From Eledone cirrhosa (lineage: Eukaryota): a DNA stretch of 64,000 bases. The notes under the pieces were generated by a model, which saw only the letters and a list, made by a program, of their open reading frames with translations, had not been told where the DNA came from and did no database searches. Each line of letters starts with the position of its first letter. Position 1 is the first letter of the stretch. The DNA is taken from positions 222,084,001 to 222,148,000 of the forward strand of contig OZ024742.1 in NCBI GenBank assembly GCA_964016885.1, written 5' to 3'. Position numbers and translations under genes: made by a program. This document shows positions 40,441 to 54,931 of this stretch, one piece after another.

Positions 40441-40687
40441 AAATAGATATTTATTTTACCCCCTAAAAAGGGGGTAAATGCAAAAATGTTTCCCTAAATA
40501 ACAGGGGTTAGTGTTCCAAATGTGTTGCACTAAAAAATTTATCCGGTACTTACAATAGTAAGGGTAAATCCCGATGGAATAGCGGAGCCGATGCGAAGCG
40601 TGTCTTACTCTATCAAGATAGAGAGATAGATAGATAGATAGATAGATACATACTCACATACACACACACTCACATATATATATATAA

Positions 40688-41310
40688 GCCCAAATCATGG
40701 TAGATTCAAATGTCACAAAGAGAAAGAGGGAGAGGGGGACAGGAGGGGGAAACAGGAGGAGGAGAAATGAGGTGCTACAGAAATGAAACATGGATTACAG
40801 GTTAAAATATATTCTAGATAGATGTGAAACAAAACAAGGATGTAGTTTATGGAACACCCAAATGATTTAGAAGTCGACCTTAAGTAGGACCAATAACATT
40901 AAGAAAGACGTGAACGACACCACAATACTTAGTTTTGAAAATTTTGAAAGTAGGTTTATAAGTATGAATTTTGACGAAATTTTTGTAGTTATCTCAGTGG
41001 CCTAGCGGTAGGTAGTAGAGACGGTGGAGATCCTGACCTTGGGTTCAATCCTGGTCAAGAGGTACATGTAACCTTTTCAGTTTTTATTTTACAACCAATA
41101 GAAAAAAAAACTGAAAAGGTTTACCGGGTACCCTACTGTCGACCAGGATCACCACCGACTATCATTCCTCCAACTAAGCCATGGAGACAGCTACAAAAGT
41201 ATAATGAAAATTGATAATTATAAACCTACTTTCAAAATTAAAGTTAAAAAGATGTGGTGTCGTTCATGACTTTCCTAGAGCTATTAGTAATATTTAGGGT
41301 CGACTTGTCA
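40688..41310. repeat. ~620-bp element with an imperfect ~430-bp fold-back and tRNA-like arm, copy 1
   Basis: Direct repeat of 42519-43130. A box TGGCCTAGCGG and B box GGTTCAATCC. Arms bounded by GTCGAC-containing motifs. Confidence 0.75.
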
Positions 41311-41891
41311 ATCTTCTGGCCCTTTGGTAACAACCGTATTATTCCTATATGTGTTTAACTGTTGAATTAATTTAATTTGATTATTTTAGCAAACAAATAA
41401 TATATGAATGTATTACGTTTCGCTTTTTCTACCCGCCGAAATGCGATTCTCGCTGAATTTATATTTGTATTAATCTCCCGAGTTTTACAATTAACCTGTT
41501 AATAATTCTATTGACAGATTAATTGCATAAGTTTATTTAAAAAACTACCCGGTCGAGAGCTTATTCGATCTGTGCTATTTATGCAATTTTTTGTATGATT
41601 TACATATACTGAATTCATTTGCCAAAATCTGGGGTTTTTCCCCTGTGAGTTACACATGTGCTTTTACAAAATACTGTGTCATCCACAACACTAGCGCAGA
41701 ACTAAATACCTGTTGATAATGTGATATTCCTCGTTCGATCATTATACCAAAAGCTTTTTGTTTTAAGCAGACAGTATTATTGATTTAGGTGTCGCAAAAA
41801 CCCTGTACTGGATTTTACCATCAATTCCAAGGGTACAGGTTATATATATATCGAGCCCTCTCTGGATTTTAGTCTTCAATTTTATTATTAT

Positions 41892-41949
<58 letters not shown>

Positions 41950-42152
41950 TATTTATTTTGTCTGACCTGTTTAGCTTGACTTGTTTTTTGGCTTAGGTGG
42001 TTTATGGCTTCTTGACCGCCTTCTCAGTTTGTATGGCCTTTATAACCTATGTTTATTGCTCTGGTCTTTTAGCCCATGGAGCGCTTGCCAGCATGACTCG
42101 GAATTTGCGTTACGTTTCGCTTTTTCTACCCGCCGAAATGCGATCTCGCTGA

Positions 42153-42157
<5 letters not shown>
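41950..42157 (+). mobile_element. Short TA-flanked repeat, family E
   Basis: Homologous to 20840-21035. Confidence 0.6.
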
Positions 42158-42184
<27 letters not shown>

Positions 42185-42186
<2 letters not shown>

Positions 42187-42392
42187 CGAAGGAAATGTGG
42201 TAAGGAACCAGGTGGACCATAACGCACCAAAGTACTCAATACTTGAGGTAGTAGAGTGGGTAATAGGAACCAGTAAGACCCCGACAGCTGAGCTCAAGCC
42301 GTTTCGACGGCTAATTCTGGACGGGTAGAAAAAGCGTCCAGAATTAGCCGTCGAAACGGCTTGAGCTCAGCTGTCGGGGTCTTACTGGTTCC

Positions 42393-42395
<3 letters not shown>
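42185..42395 (-). mobile_element. Hairpin PLE-tail element, family B
   Basis: Tail plus ~60-bp perfect arms. Short arm ends TTCCTAT. Confidence 0.8.
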
Positions 42396-42456
<61 letters not shown>

Positions 42457-42518
42457 TAATGCCAATCATTGTAAGTTTGAACCTGACATGCAAAAGCATA
42501 TATATATGAATAAAGTAG

Positions 42519-43130
42519 GCCCAAATCATAGTAGATTCAAGTATCACAGAGAGAAAGAGAGAGGGGGGGGGATGAGGTGCTACAGAAATGAAACATGGAT
42601 TACAGGTTAAAATATGGTCTAGATAGATGTGAAACAAAACGAGGATGTAGTTTATGGAACACCCAAATGATTTAGAAGTCGACCTTAAGTAGGAGCAATA
42701 ACATTAAGAAAGACATGAACGACACCACAACACTTTGTTTTGAAAATTTTGAAAGTAGGTTTATAAGTATGAATTTTCACGAGATTTTAGTAGTTGTCTC
42801 TGTGGCCTAGCGGTAGGTAGTAGAGACGGTGGAGATCCTGACCTTGGGTTCAATCCTGGTCAAGAGGTACATGTAGCCTTTTCAGTTTTTATTTTACAAT
42901 CAATAGAAAAAACTGAAAAGGTTTACCGGGTACCCTACTCCCGACCAGGTTCAAACTTCAGACCAGGATCACCACCGTCTATGATTCCTCCAACTAGGCC
43001 ACCGAGACAGTTACAGAAGCACAATGAAAATTGATAATTATAAACCTACTTTCAAAATCAAAGTTAAAAAGATGTGGTGTCGTTCATGGCTTTTCTAGAG
43101 CTATTAATAATATTTAGGATCGACTTCTTG
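42519..43130. repeat. Fold-back tRNA-like element, copy 2
   Basis: Direct repeat of 40688-41310. Confidence 0.75.
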
Positions 43131-43141
43131 TCATTATTGAA

Positions 43142-43332
43142 AGTCGGTGGATTGGCAGTATCGGTAGAGGGTCGGACGCCATGCATTCCAGCATAGTTAC
43201 GTCCCTTTACGATCTGAGTTCAAATCCCGCCGAGGTTGACTTTGCCTTTCATCCTTACGGGGGTCGATAAAATAAAGTACCAGTAATGCACTGGGTTATT
43301 GTTGGCCTTGTGCCTAAAGTAGAAACAATTAT
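43142..43332 (+). mobile_element. tRNA-derived SINE
   Basis: Same SINE core. Confidence 0.85.
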
Positions 43333-44459
43333 TGAAAGTCTCTGGATTTCGCAAAATACATAATATTTTTTATTGGAGAATGTAAGATATTTTTGCACAA
43401 AAATTTGATTGCACTGTTTTGGTTCTACTTATGTATTTTTCGAAAATGTTATTTATTCCTTATAAAAATTAAATGATAGCATTCTATATGTAGGTGGGCC
43501 CCCTTCATCTCCTGGCAACCAATATTTTTAGACCCAATCCGCCACTGCATACATACATACATGCATGTGATTATTGGGGCTCTGGTATATGTTACTAACT
43601 GCTCTAGTACAAATCTTGAGAAGCCGGGCTTCACAGAACTAGAAAGAACCCGACTAGTTAGGAGGTTTTCAAGTACAATCCATTAATAGAATTGTAAAAA
43701 TATGTAAAACATACCAAACATTCTGCACTGCATGCATTAACTGCATATACACATGTAGAGATACAAAACATGCATATGCACACATATAACTCAAAACATA
43801 CACATCTAGACATACAATAACATCCATACCTGCACACACACACACACACGCACACGTACGCATGCAGATATGCAGATATATTTATCTAGTTGATATTGTC
43901 TAAATTCCAATGAAAGAGTCTTGTGTTTATGTTAGAAACCGACTTTCTGTCTCTATTGGTAAACATTTATAAAATTATGAAACCAGAAGAACATACATAC
44001 ATGTATACATACATACAGACGTACATACATACATACGGACGTACATACGTGCGTGCATGCATACGTACATACATTCATACATACATACCTACCTACATAC
44101 ATACATGCATACATACATGCATACATACATACATACATACATACATACATACATACATACATACATGCATCCATACATAGATAATACATACATGCGTACA
44201 TACATATATGCATACATACATACATACATACATACATACATACATACATACATACATACATACATACATACATACATACATACATGCATGCATGAACGCA
44301 TATATGCGTATGTACTATATAGATTCATACAATAAACAAGCAAACTAACTAGAAATCTATTTTCAACCAGTGTGCAGTGACCATTTGACGTAGACTGTCA
44401 GGAAATTGCTGTCATTTCAACCAAACAAGATGTCGGTAATGAACTTTAACTGAGCATCC

Positions 44460-44968
44460 GTTGGTCGGTTGGTCAGTTGGTCGGCTGGCTGGTTGGTCGG
44501 TTGGTTGTTTGGTTGGCTGGTCGGCTGGTCAGAAGGTCAGTTGGTCGGTTGGTCGGCTGGTCGGGAGGTCAGTTGGTCGGCTGGTTGGCTGGTCGGAAGG
44601 TCAGTTGGTCGGCTGGTTGGCTGGTCGGTTGGTCAGTTGGTCGGTTGGTCGGAAGATCAGTTGGTCGGCTGGTTGGCTGGTCGGAAGGTCAGTTGGTCGG
44701 TTGGTCGGCTGGTCGGCTGGTCGGAAGGTCAGTTGGTCGGCTGGTTGGCTGGTCGGTGGGTCAGTTGGTCGGCTGGTCGGAAGGTCAGCTGGTCCGCTGG
44801 TTGGCTGGTTGGAAGGTCAATTGGTCGGTTGGTCGGCTGATCGGCTGGTCGGAAGGTCAGTTGATCGGCTGGTTGGTTGGTCGGCTGGTCGGTTGGTCGG
44901 CTGGTTGGCTGGTTGGTTGGTCGGCTGGTCGGCTGGTCGGCTGGTCGGTTAGTCAGTGAGTCGGTTGG
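44460..44968. repeat. (GGTC/GGTT/GGCT)n tetramer satellite with higher-order units
   Basis: Recurrent ggtcggaaggtcagttggtcggctggttggct. Confidence 0.9.
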
Positions 44969-45514
44969 AGAGAATAAGTGGGAGTAAAAGAGTGAGACAG
45001 AGAGACAGAGGAGGAGAAGGCGGACGAGGAGGAGATGGAGAAGGAAACGATGGCGGAGTAGATAAAATAGATAACGTAAATATTTATGTGAAACAAACCC
45101 ATTCATTAATGATATTATCTGGAAGACTAGGCAAATTGTTGAGAAAACAGCAACATTGCTACACACACACACACATATATATATATATGGTGTATGTATA
45201 TACAGTACATATGAATGTACGTATGTATGCACTATGCACGAATGTATGTGTATATATATATATATATATATATCACTTCCGGGGTCAATCGGGAGCAACT
45301 ACAGTAAGGTACTCAATACATTAATAGAGTATAAACAACAAATTTAATATAGATAGTCAACTGGCATTTTAATACGTGGTATTTGTATGGCTTTCCTAAT
45401 GATTTCCTTCGAATGAAACAGTTCTAGTCCTGTAGAAGCCATTTTTATATTAAATTTGTTATACATATATATATGTGTGTGTGTGTATGTATACACACAC
45501 ACACACACATACCC

Positions 45515-45546
<32 letters not shown>

Positions 45547-45553
45547 ATATATA

Positions 45554-45617
45554 TTGGGTCGTCAACTATGAAATTTGTAGAAGAAAAAAATGTTCTACAA
45601 ATTTCATATTTGACGAC

Positions 45618-45621
<4 letters not shown>
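45554..45621. mobile_element. 68-bp mariner-type MITE (almost entirely TIR)
   Basis: TTGGGTCGTCAA.TATGAAATTTGTAGAA / TTCTACAAATTTCATA.TTGACGACCCAA in (TA)n. Confidence 0.7.
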
Positions 45622-45687
<66 letters not shown>

Positions 45688-45971
45688 TCTGTGTATATGC
45701 GCCTGTGTTTGTTGTACCAAAATGGTACAAAGACTGTAAAAAAAGAAGACAAAAGACAGTGAAGAATCCATGCACTGCGAAGCTACACCGACATTAAAAA
45801 CATGACAGAAACACAGATAAAGAAGACGAGAAATTTGTTATGGCGACAGTAAAGGAAGTAATGAAGGAAAATAAAGAAAACAACACGAACCATTCTATCT
45901 TTGGATGTCTCCTATCTGATATTTGTACAGAAGTGGAACGATACAAATGAAAACTGCCATCAATAGATAAG

Positions 45972-46180
45972 GATTTCTACCGTAGACACAAGGCCAGCAA
46001 CTTCTGAGAAGGGAAAAGTCGATTAAATCGATTCCAGTGCATTACTGGTACTTTATTTTATCGATCTCCGTAAGAATGAAAGGCAAAGCTAACCTCGGTG
46101 AGATTTGAACTCAGAACGTAAAGGGCCAGAACTCTATGCTGCAAAGCATGGTGTCCGACGCTCTACTGATACTGCCAATC
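45972..46180 (-). mobile_element. tRNA-derived SINE
   Basis: Same SINE core. Confidence 0.85.
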
Positions 46181-46184
46181 AGGA

Positions 46185-46430
46185 TCACGATCAGGATCAT
46201 TACGCAATCTCCTCACGATATTGATACTTTCTTCAAGGCACAGCGCATAAGGCGGATTTCCATTTCCATATGGGTTAGACTTAGTAATAACTTTCCATTT
46301 GAATGGAGTAATCCACGCCTGCGTCGTTGAGGGACCACATGTGGCTTGCGAGCTTCGTGGACGATCGTTTGACAGGGTGTCTGAATGTCGACAGATGATT
46401 CAGGAAGCGTTCTTTCAGCATCGATCTAAC
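46185..46430 (-). mobile_element. PLE GIY-YIG C-terminal fragment
   Basis: Hand translation LKERFLNHLSTFR..STKLASHMWSL..YSI/WKVI..PY..LCLEE matches 50554-50880. Confidence 0.65.
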
Positions 46431-46594
46431 GTGAGTTAACTCCCCTTGATAATTGCTTTTCCTTTTCCGTATAATCTCATGTAAACCGAGCTGATGATCT
46501 GACTAAGGTGAAACAATTGTTCTCGGAAATGGTGAATTAACTGTTTGTGGAACTACTTCTACCAAACTAATCCCATGGATTGAGTACTATGAAC

Positions 46595-46632
<38 letters not shown>

Positions 46633-46825
46633 ATGTATGTGTGTGTATGTGTGTGGGTGTGTTTGTGTGTGTGTGCGTGTGTGTGTGTGCGTGTGTATGT
46701 ATGCATGTATATACAGATAGTATATATTTATGCACGTATATATATGTATACAGATACATATGATATGGTATATGTATATATATATATGTGTGTATATATA
46801 TATATAGAGAGAGAGATATCATACA

Positions 46826-46929
<104 letters not shown>

Positions 46930-47115
46930 GAGAGCCAATTTGTATTTTATATGCAATTAAAAACATGATATTTCCGGCGGTCCGGTTCGATATGGATTTT
47001 TAGTAGAAGTGCTGTAAACTATGTTTTATGTGTGACGTGTTTGCATGGGTGTATGTGCGTGTGTGTGGGAAATAGGATGTCGATACCATATGGCCAACAT
47101 CACACACACACACAC

Positions 47116-47222
<107 letters not shown>

Positions 47223-47566
47223 CATTACCTATATATGTTATCGTTGTTAACAAGCGCAATCTGTAACGCTAAATGAAATCGTGATGGATGATGGATGCTT
47301 AAATCAGCAGGAAATGTTCGGTATATTATACATTAGGATGATTTAACACTGGGCTGACGGGATCCAATTTGTCAGTCGGTTGGTTTGATTTAAAATGGAT
47401 ATTCTTTAATCCTTTCGTTACCATATTTCTAATGAAAGACGCAAAATGATGATTTCTGATTTAGGCACAAGGCCAACAATTTGGGGAGGAGAAAGTCATA
47501 AGTAAATACCACAAATTATATTGTACAACATACTACAGATAATGTTAATCCATCACTCTTATAATA

Positions 47567-47708
47567 ATGGTTTCTACTTTTTAGCACGAGGCCAGCAATT
47601 ATCCCAGTGTATTACCCCGTAAGGATGAAAGGCAAAGTTAACCTCGGCGGGATTTGAACTCAGGCCGTAAAGGCCCGTAACTCTATGCTGGCTGCAAACC
47701 ATGGCATC
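47567..47708 (-). mobile_element. tRNA-derived SINE, partial
   Basis: SINE core, abutting the family A palindrome. Confidence 0.8.
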
Positions 47709-47709
47709 T

Positions 47710-48463
47710 AATATAAGTATGTATACGTAGTATGTATACGTACATACATATATGTATACAGACGTACAGTAGTATGTATATATATATATATATATACATA
47801 CATGCACACATATATATATGTACGTCTGGATTCACCGAACATTTATTATAATGCTCGGTGTGTTTGTAAACAAACATCCCGAATTAAGCCGTAGTGTCTA
47901 GCAACCATCGTTGCTCGTTTGTTCAACACTGAAAAAGGAACGCTGTACTATTTTCAGGCTTATTAGCTATCGTCAGCAACGTATACCATCCTGCCAGATA
48001 GTTAAACGTCTGAAAGTATATACTTTCCTTACGCATATTAACGGCTGAGCAGCCTAATTTGCATATCGAGTGAGTTAATCGGCCGGGGTACCGAAAACGA
48101 TAAACGGAAAAAATGAAACGAAATTATAATGAGAAATGAAATTTCATTTCATTTTTTCCGTTTATCGTTTTCGGTACCCCGGCCGATTAACTCACTCGAT
48201 ATGCAAATTAGGCTGCTCAGCCGTTAATATGCGTAAGGAAAGTATATACTTTCAGACGTTTAACTATCTGGCAGGATGGTATACGTTGCTGACGATAGCT
48301 AATAAGCTTGAAACTAGTACAGCGTTCCTTTTTCAGTGTTGAACAAATGGGCAACGATGGTTGCTAGACACTGTACGGCTTAATTCGGGATGTTTGTTTA
48401 CAAACACACCGAGCATTATAATAAATGTTCGATGAATCCAGACGTACATATATATATGTGTGC

Positions 48464-48512
<49 letters not shown>

Positions 48513-48615
48513 ACTGTACGTCTGTATACATATATGTATTTACGTATACATACTTATATTTAAGTAACAGCCGTACTAAGAGTGAGAAATGAAGTTTCGT
48601 TTCATTTTTTCCGTT

Positions 48616-48616
<1 letters not shown>
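47710..48616. mobile_element. Family A mini-element as a ~900-bp palindrome (sense arm 48131-48616)
   Basis: 47710-48126 is the near-perfect reverse complement of ~48140-48560. The right arm has ~55 bp of extra tail ending TTTTCCGTTT, then (TA)n. Confidence 0.9.
48284..48324 (+). ncRNA. Minimal type I hammerhead ribozyme (family A)
   Basis: CGUUG-CUGACGA-U-AGCU AAUA AGCU-U-GAA-ACUAGU-A^CAGCG: full core, stems I and II, palindromic stem III. Mutated mirror copy at 47941-47981. Confidence 0.85.
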
Positions 48617-48650
<34 letters not shown>

Positions 48651-48655
48651 GTATA

Positions 48656-48790
<135 letters not shown>

Positions 48791-48799
48791 GTGTATATA

Positions 48800-48884
<85 letters not shown>

Positions 48885-48911
48885 ATATATATATATATTT
48901 ATATATATATG

Positions 48912-48943
<32 letters not shown>

Positions 48944-49012
48944 TATGTGTATATATATATGTATATAAATATGTATATATATATATGTATATATATATGT
49001 ATATATATATAA

Positions 49013-49753
<741 letters not shown>

Positions 49754-49800
49754 CATAAATATTTATATATACATATATATACATAAATATTTATATATAC

Positions 49801-49932
<132 letters not shown>

Positions 49933-50553
49933 TCATTAGTTAAGCAAAACAAGACCACAAATCTCACAAGGAAGACATTATTAAAAGATTGTCAACATAT
50001 TTAGTTTGATGTAAGGAATGTAGAGAATAATAATAATAATAATATTAATAATAATAATAATGCCCGTTTACAATTGTTTCGCTACTCCGTATAATATTTC
50101 TGGATCAGATGACTATGTATCATAATTGATCTGGTTCAGTTGAAAATAATTAACATATTTAAAAAAACAGAGTGGCTCATCGGAACTCAAAGAAATATAA
50201 ATTAAAATAATGTTACATAATATAATGTTCCATATATTAGTTTTTACTATTGTGCCTTTGTTTCATCAGCTGTCAGCCATAATCAAGCAGTACTCGTCTG
50301 TCGAGGCTGCATTGTGTGAGATCTGCCTATGGGTAACAAGATGGCTGCCAAAGGGCATATTTACCTTACTAATTAGAGGGTGGTTTCAAGGGAAGTAACT
50401 TCTAGAAAGATTAAAGATTGTGTGTATTTTATAGTTGTGTGCTAGTAATTAAATTATTTAATTTAGAGACAATGTAGGGGAGGTAACTTATAATTATCGA
50501 GTTGTTCATAGCAATTTAACTTATTAGCTACAATTAGAGATGGGGCTACATGA

Positions 50554-52480
50554 CTAAGTTGGGTCAAAAACTCTATTGGCGAAGGAATTAGCCCTTCGAT
50601 GTTGACAGCTAATGGTTACCTCCGTTCTATCGTTAATTGGTCGAGGTCTAGATAGAGTTATGTAATATGCTTCCGTAACACAGAGATCACAAGGTTTCCT
50701 TCGTCCATTGAACGGTTGGGCCCTAGCTACGGTATCCCATTTTAGTGAGTGTTGAACTTTGTTTAATTTAAGGTTTTTAATGAGCCTAGCTAGCGATGTC
50801 GAACATCTGTTGCTAGGGTCTCGGAAGGAAAAAGAGTGCGCGTTATAGCGTACCTTAAAAGGGTTAGAGATAGACCCGATATGAGAGCTGGTATTCGAAG
50901 CAGTCTCAACTGTGCACCTATAGACTATGTTGGGTGTCAGGCAGTGTCCATTTAATGGGCATGCATTGGGGTACCGGCAGTTGCAGTTGCTTCTGCGGTT
51001 TGTGAGAGTAGGGTTATTTAACCTAAGCAGTTGGTCCGTGCTAGAAGGATTAGATGGGGGAGGTGTGCTACTAGAGTAATTATTGGTGTAGTGGCGTGGT
51101 GTATTTGATAGGGGTGGTGGTACCGCGGTGTGGGAGTTATAGTGTCTTAGCTTATGATGGTTACTGAACGCGATGTGGCTAGCTAGGTTAGGTGTAGTGG
51201 AGAATGAGATTTTAATGTTGGTTTTATTAAAGAGTTTGTAATATCTATGGTTGGAGGGGAAATGTTTGGATAGGATAGAGAAGAAGCGTTTGGGGATATT
51301 AGTGGCTAGATTAGATGAGAATGGTGGGTTAAGCCAGGTGATATTTCTAGGCCTATTCCTTCTAGGGGTTCTAGTGGAGTTGGTAGGGGCCTTCCTAGGG
51401 TTATTATTACCTGTTATTAGTCATCCCATTTCTCATTCCTATTCTAGGGTTCATTCTTAGTTTGCTACTTGGAGTGGGGAGCAGGCCGCTGCCACCATTA
51501 AAGTTCCCTGTATAGGTGCTGTTACTGCTAAAATTCCGGCGAATCTGGCTATATGCTAAGGTATTTCTAGTTCTAGTGTTAAGTTTATTATGGTGAGTTG
51601 CTGTGTTATGGCATTTTGGTATGTAATAAATTGATTGTTTATAACCAGATTCAGAGAGAGCCTTATTATAATATTGTGCGTGGTTTATAAATATCTCTTC
51701 ATTTGCTGATAGCATTGAGATCCTATAGGAGATAGATTTGATTACTGCTCTGATGACTGCCGGTGGGTGGTTAGAGTGTGGGCTAATATATGTGAGTATT
51801 TCGCCTGGTTTATGGTAAGGGTTATAAAGGTTATTGTTGAGATCAAGGGTGACGTCTAGGAAGTTTACTACTTTATGGTTCAGCTCGATGGTGATAGAGA
51901 GACCGTTATTTTTGAAGAATCTATGAAATTGTTCCCTGATTAATGCAATTGTGGACTGCAAATAGAGCGTCGTCCCTGTATATTCCACCTTGCATAGGTT
52001 GGATTTCGGCTCTGATGTTACGTAATAGGTAAATCCCAACTAAATCGGTGACTTGCGCGGAGTCACTTAAGCCCATCGTAATGTCAAAGTTATCTGTTCT
52101 ATCTTTTCTAGTCCAGAGTGCTCCGTTGAATTCAATGATAGTCTGCCTAGCGATGAGTATGATGTTAATCTCATTATTGGTTATGTCCGAGTTGGCGGTT
52201 GCTAGGGCTAGTGCTTTGTTGAGCAGTTCCGGGGTTATTGACGCGTAATAGCTGTCTATATCAAATTGGATGAACCTCATAGATTGCTTGGACCTTAGAT
52301 CGGAGAACCATCTGATGACTTGGCCGGTGTTGGACCACAACTTGTAGGTGGTATCATCCCGTAGCCCAGGGATTATCCTATCAAGGATGTTCTTACTGAT
52401 GCGGCCCAGGTCAAATGTGGTTGGGCTTATGAGTCTAATGGATGGGTTCTCTATAAAGTTTGGCTTGTGGTCCTTGAGAG
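50554..52480 (-). pseudogene. PLE polyprotein: RT, Cys-rich linker, GIY-YIG endonuclease; two frameshifts
   Basis: FDIDSYY, FDITMG, YRDD, NFLDV, SNHPP. Hand-translated open frame 51420-50554 (absent from the ORF track): RNITWLNPPFS..CNCRYPNACPLNGHCL..IVYRC..HIG..FKVRYNAH..CDLC..E..SCQH. Confidence 0.9.
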
Positions 52481-52562
52481 AGAACCTTGAGAGAGAACCA
52501 TAGTAAAAACTAATATATGGAACATTATATTATGTAACATTATTTTAATTTATATTCCTTTG

Positions 52563-52686
52563 AGTTCCGATGAGCCACTCTGTTTTTTTTAAATATGTTA
52601 ATTATTTTCAACTGAACCAGATCAATTATGATACATAGTCATCTGATCCAGAAATATTATACGGAGTAGCGAAACAATTGTAAACT
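52563..52686 (+). ncRNA. Candidate hammerhead with variant core and ~100-nt stem II insert
   Basis: AGUU-CCGAUGA-GCCACUC...GAGUAGC-GAA-ACAAUUGU-A^AACU. Mirror copy at ~50066-50188. Confidence 0.55.
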
Positions 52687-52997
52687 GGCATTATTATTAT
52701 TATTAATATTATTATTATTATTATTCTCTACATTCCTTACATCAAACTAAATATGTTGACAATCTTTTAATAATGTCTTCCTTGTCAGATTTGTGGGCTT
52801 GTTTTGCTTAACTAATGAATATTTCCAGCTCTACGCACCTAACCTCTGCATGAACCCAGCCACCTAGCTGCTTTCTACTGCATATTGCACATTGAGCACA
52901 TGCCTTTACGTTTTGGCTTCTAACTAACTCACCAATCTTTCCTCTCATATCTCCTCTACTATCTCAATCTCTCTCTTTAAGATTGGTTACTCTTGAA

Positions 52998-54469
<1,472 letters not shown>

Positions 54470-54902
54470 GGTTGGATAATACACGTGTTCCTATTCGTTT
54501 TTTGCGTGTAGGGATATATACTTTATTATTATTAATCTCCCCCTGGTCGAGATGAAATCTGGTCATTTTGACTGACTACTGCTATTTATAGTCGTAGTAG
54601 CTTGACCTTCCTGCCTCTGATTCTATCTTTACACACGGCGCTGGACAGAATTGCTTCCACATCATTCATTCTCATCTAGGGAACAATTTTGAATAACGCC
54701 AGTTCGTAATTTGAACTCGGGAATTTTATATTCTCCGAGTGAAAAGAACCTTCTGACGAGAGTTTATCTTTTTAATGGAAGCCCGCAAGGACTTCCATTT
54801 ATTTTTGAGACTCGAAACCGATTCGGTAAAGGTAACCATAGTAAGTACAGTGAATTTTTTGAAATTTATTTTGAAACTTTTTCTTATTTGCGAAACCTTG
54901 AT
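54470..54902 (+). mobile_element. Family D HHR mini-element, tail-to-head junction copy
   Basis: Begins with the family 3' tail (54470-54530), continues through non-coding body and HHR, and ends at aaaccttg. Confidence 0.8.
54748..54833 (+). ncRNA. Complete type I hammerhead ribozyme with extended stem II (family D)
   Basis: ACCUU-CUGACGA-GAGU..[AAUGGAAG..CUUCCAUU]..ACUC-GAA-ACCG AUU CGGU-A^AAGGU. All three stems pair. Confidence 0.9.
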
Positions 54903-54931
54903 ATGTATATATATATATATATATATATATC

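Larger units (their letters stand above)
34909..40615 (-). mobile_element. Near full-length L1/Tx1-type LINE embedded in (GATA)n
   Basis: 5' UTR, ORF1, ORF2 and 3' UTR all present. (AGAT)n in the same orientation at 34877-34908 and 40616-40648. Confidence 0.95.

Noticed and set aside
41410-41462. Family E end as a hammerhead (GAAACGUA on minus, GAAAUGCGAUUC on plus)
   Set aside because: No CUGANGA core or consistent stem I could be placed.
44461-44959. Gly/Trp-rich ORFs open in three frames
   Set aside because: Tetramer satellite without stop codons.
45700-45950. Purine-rich stretch that might be a host exon
   Set aside because: No recognisable domain or clear splice sites.
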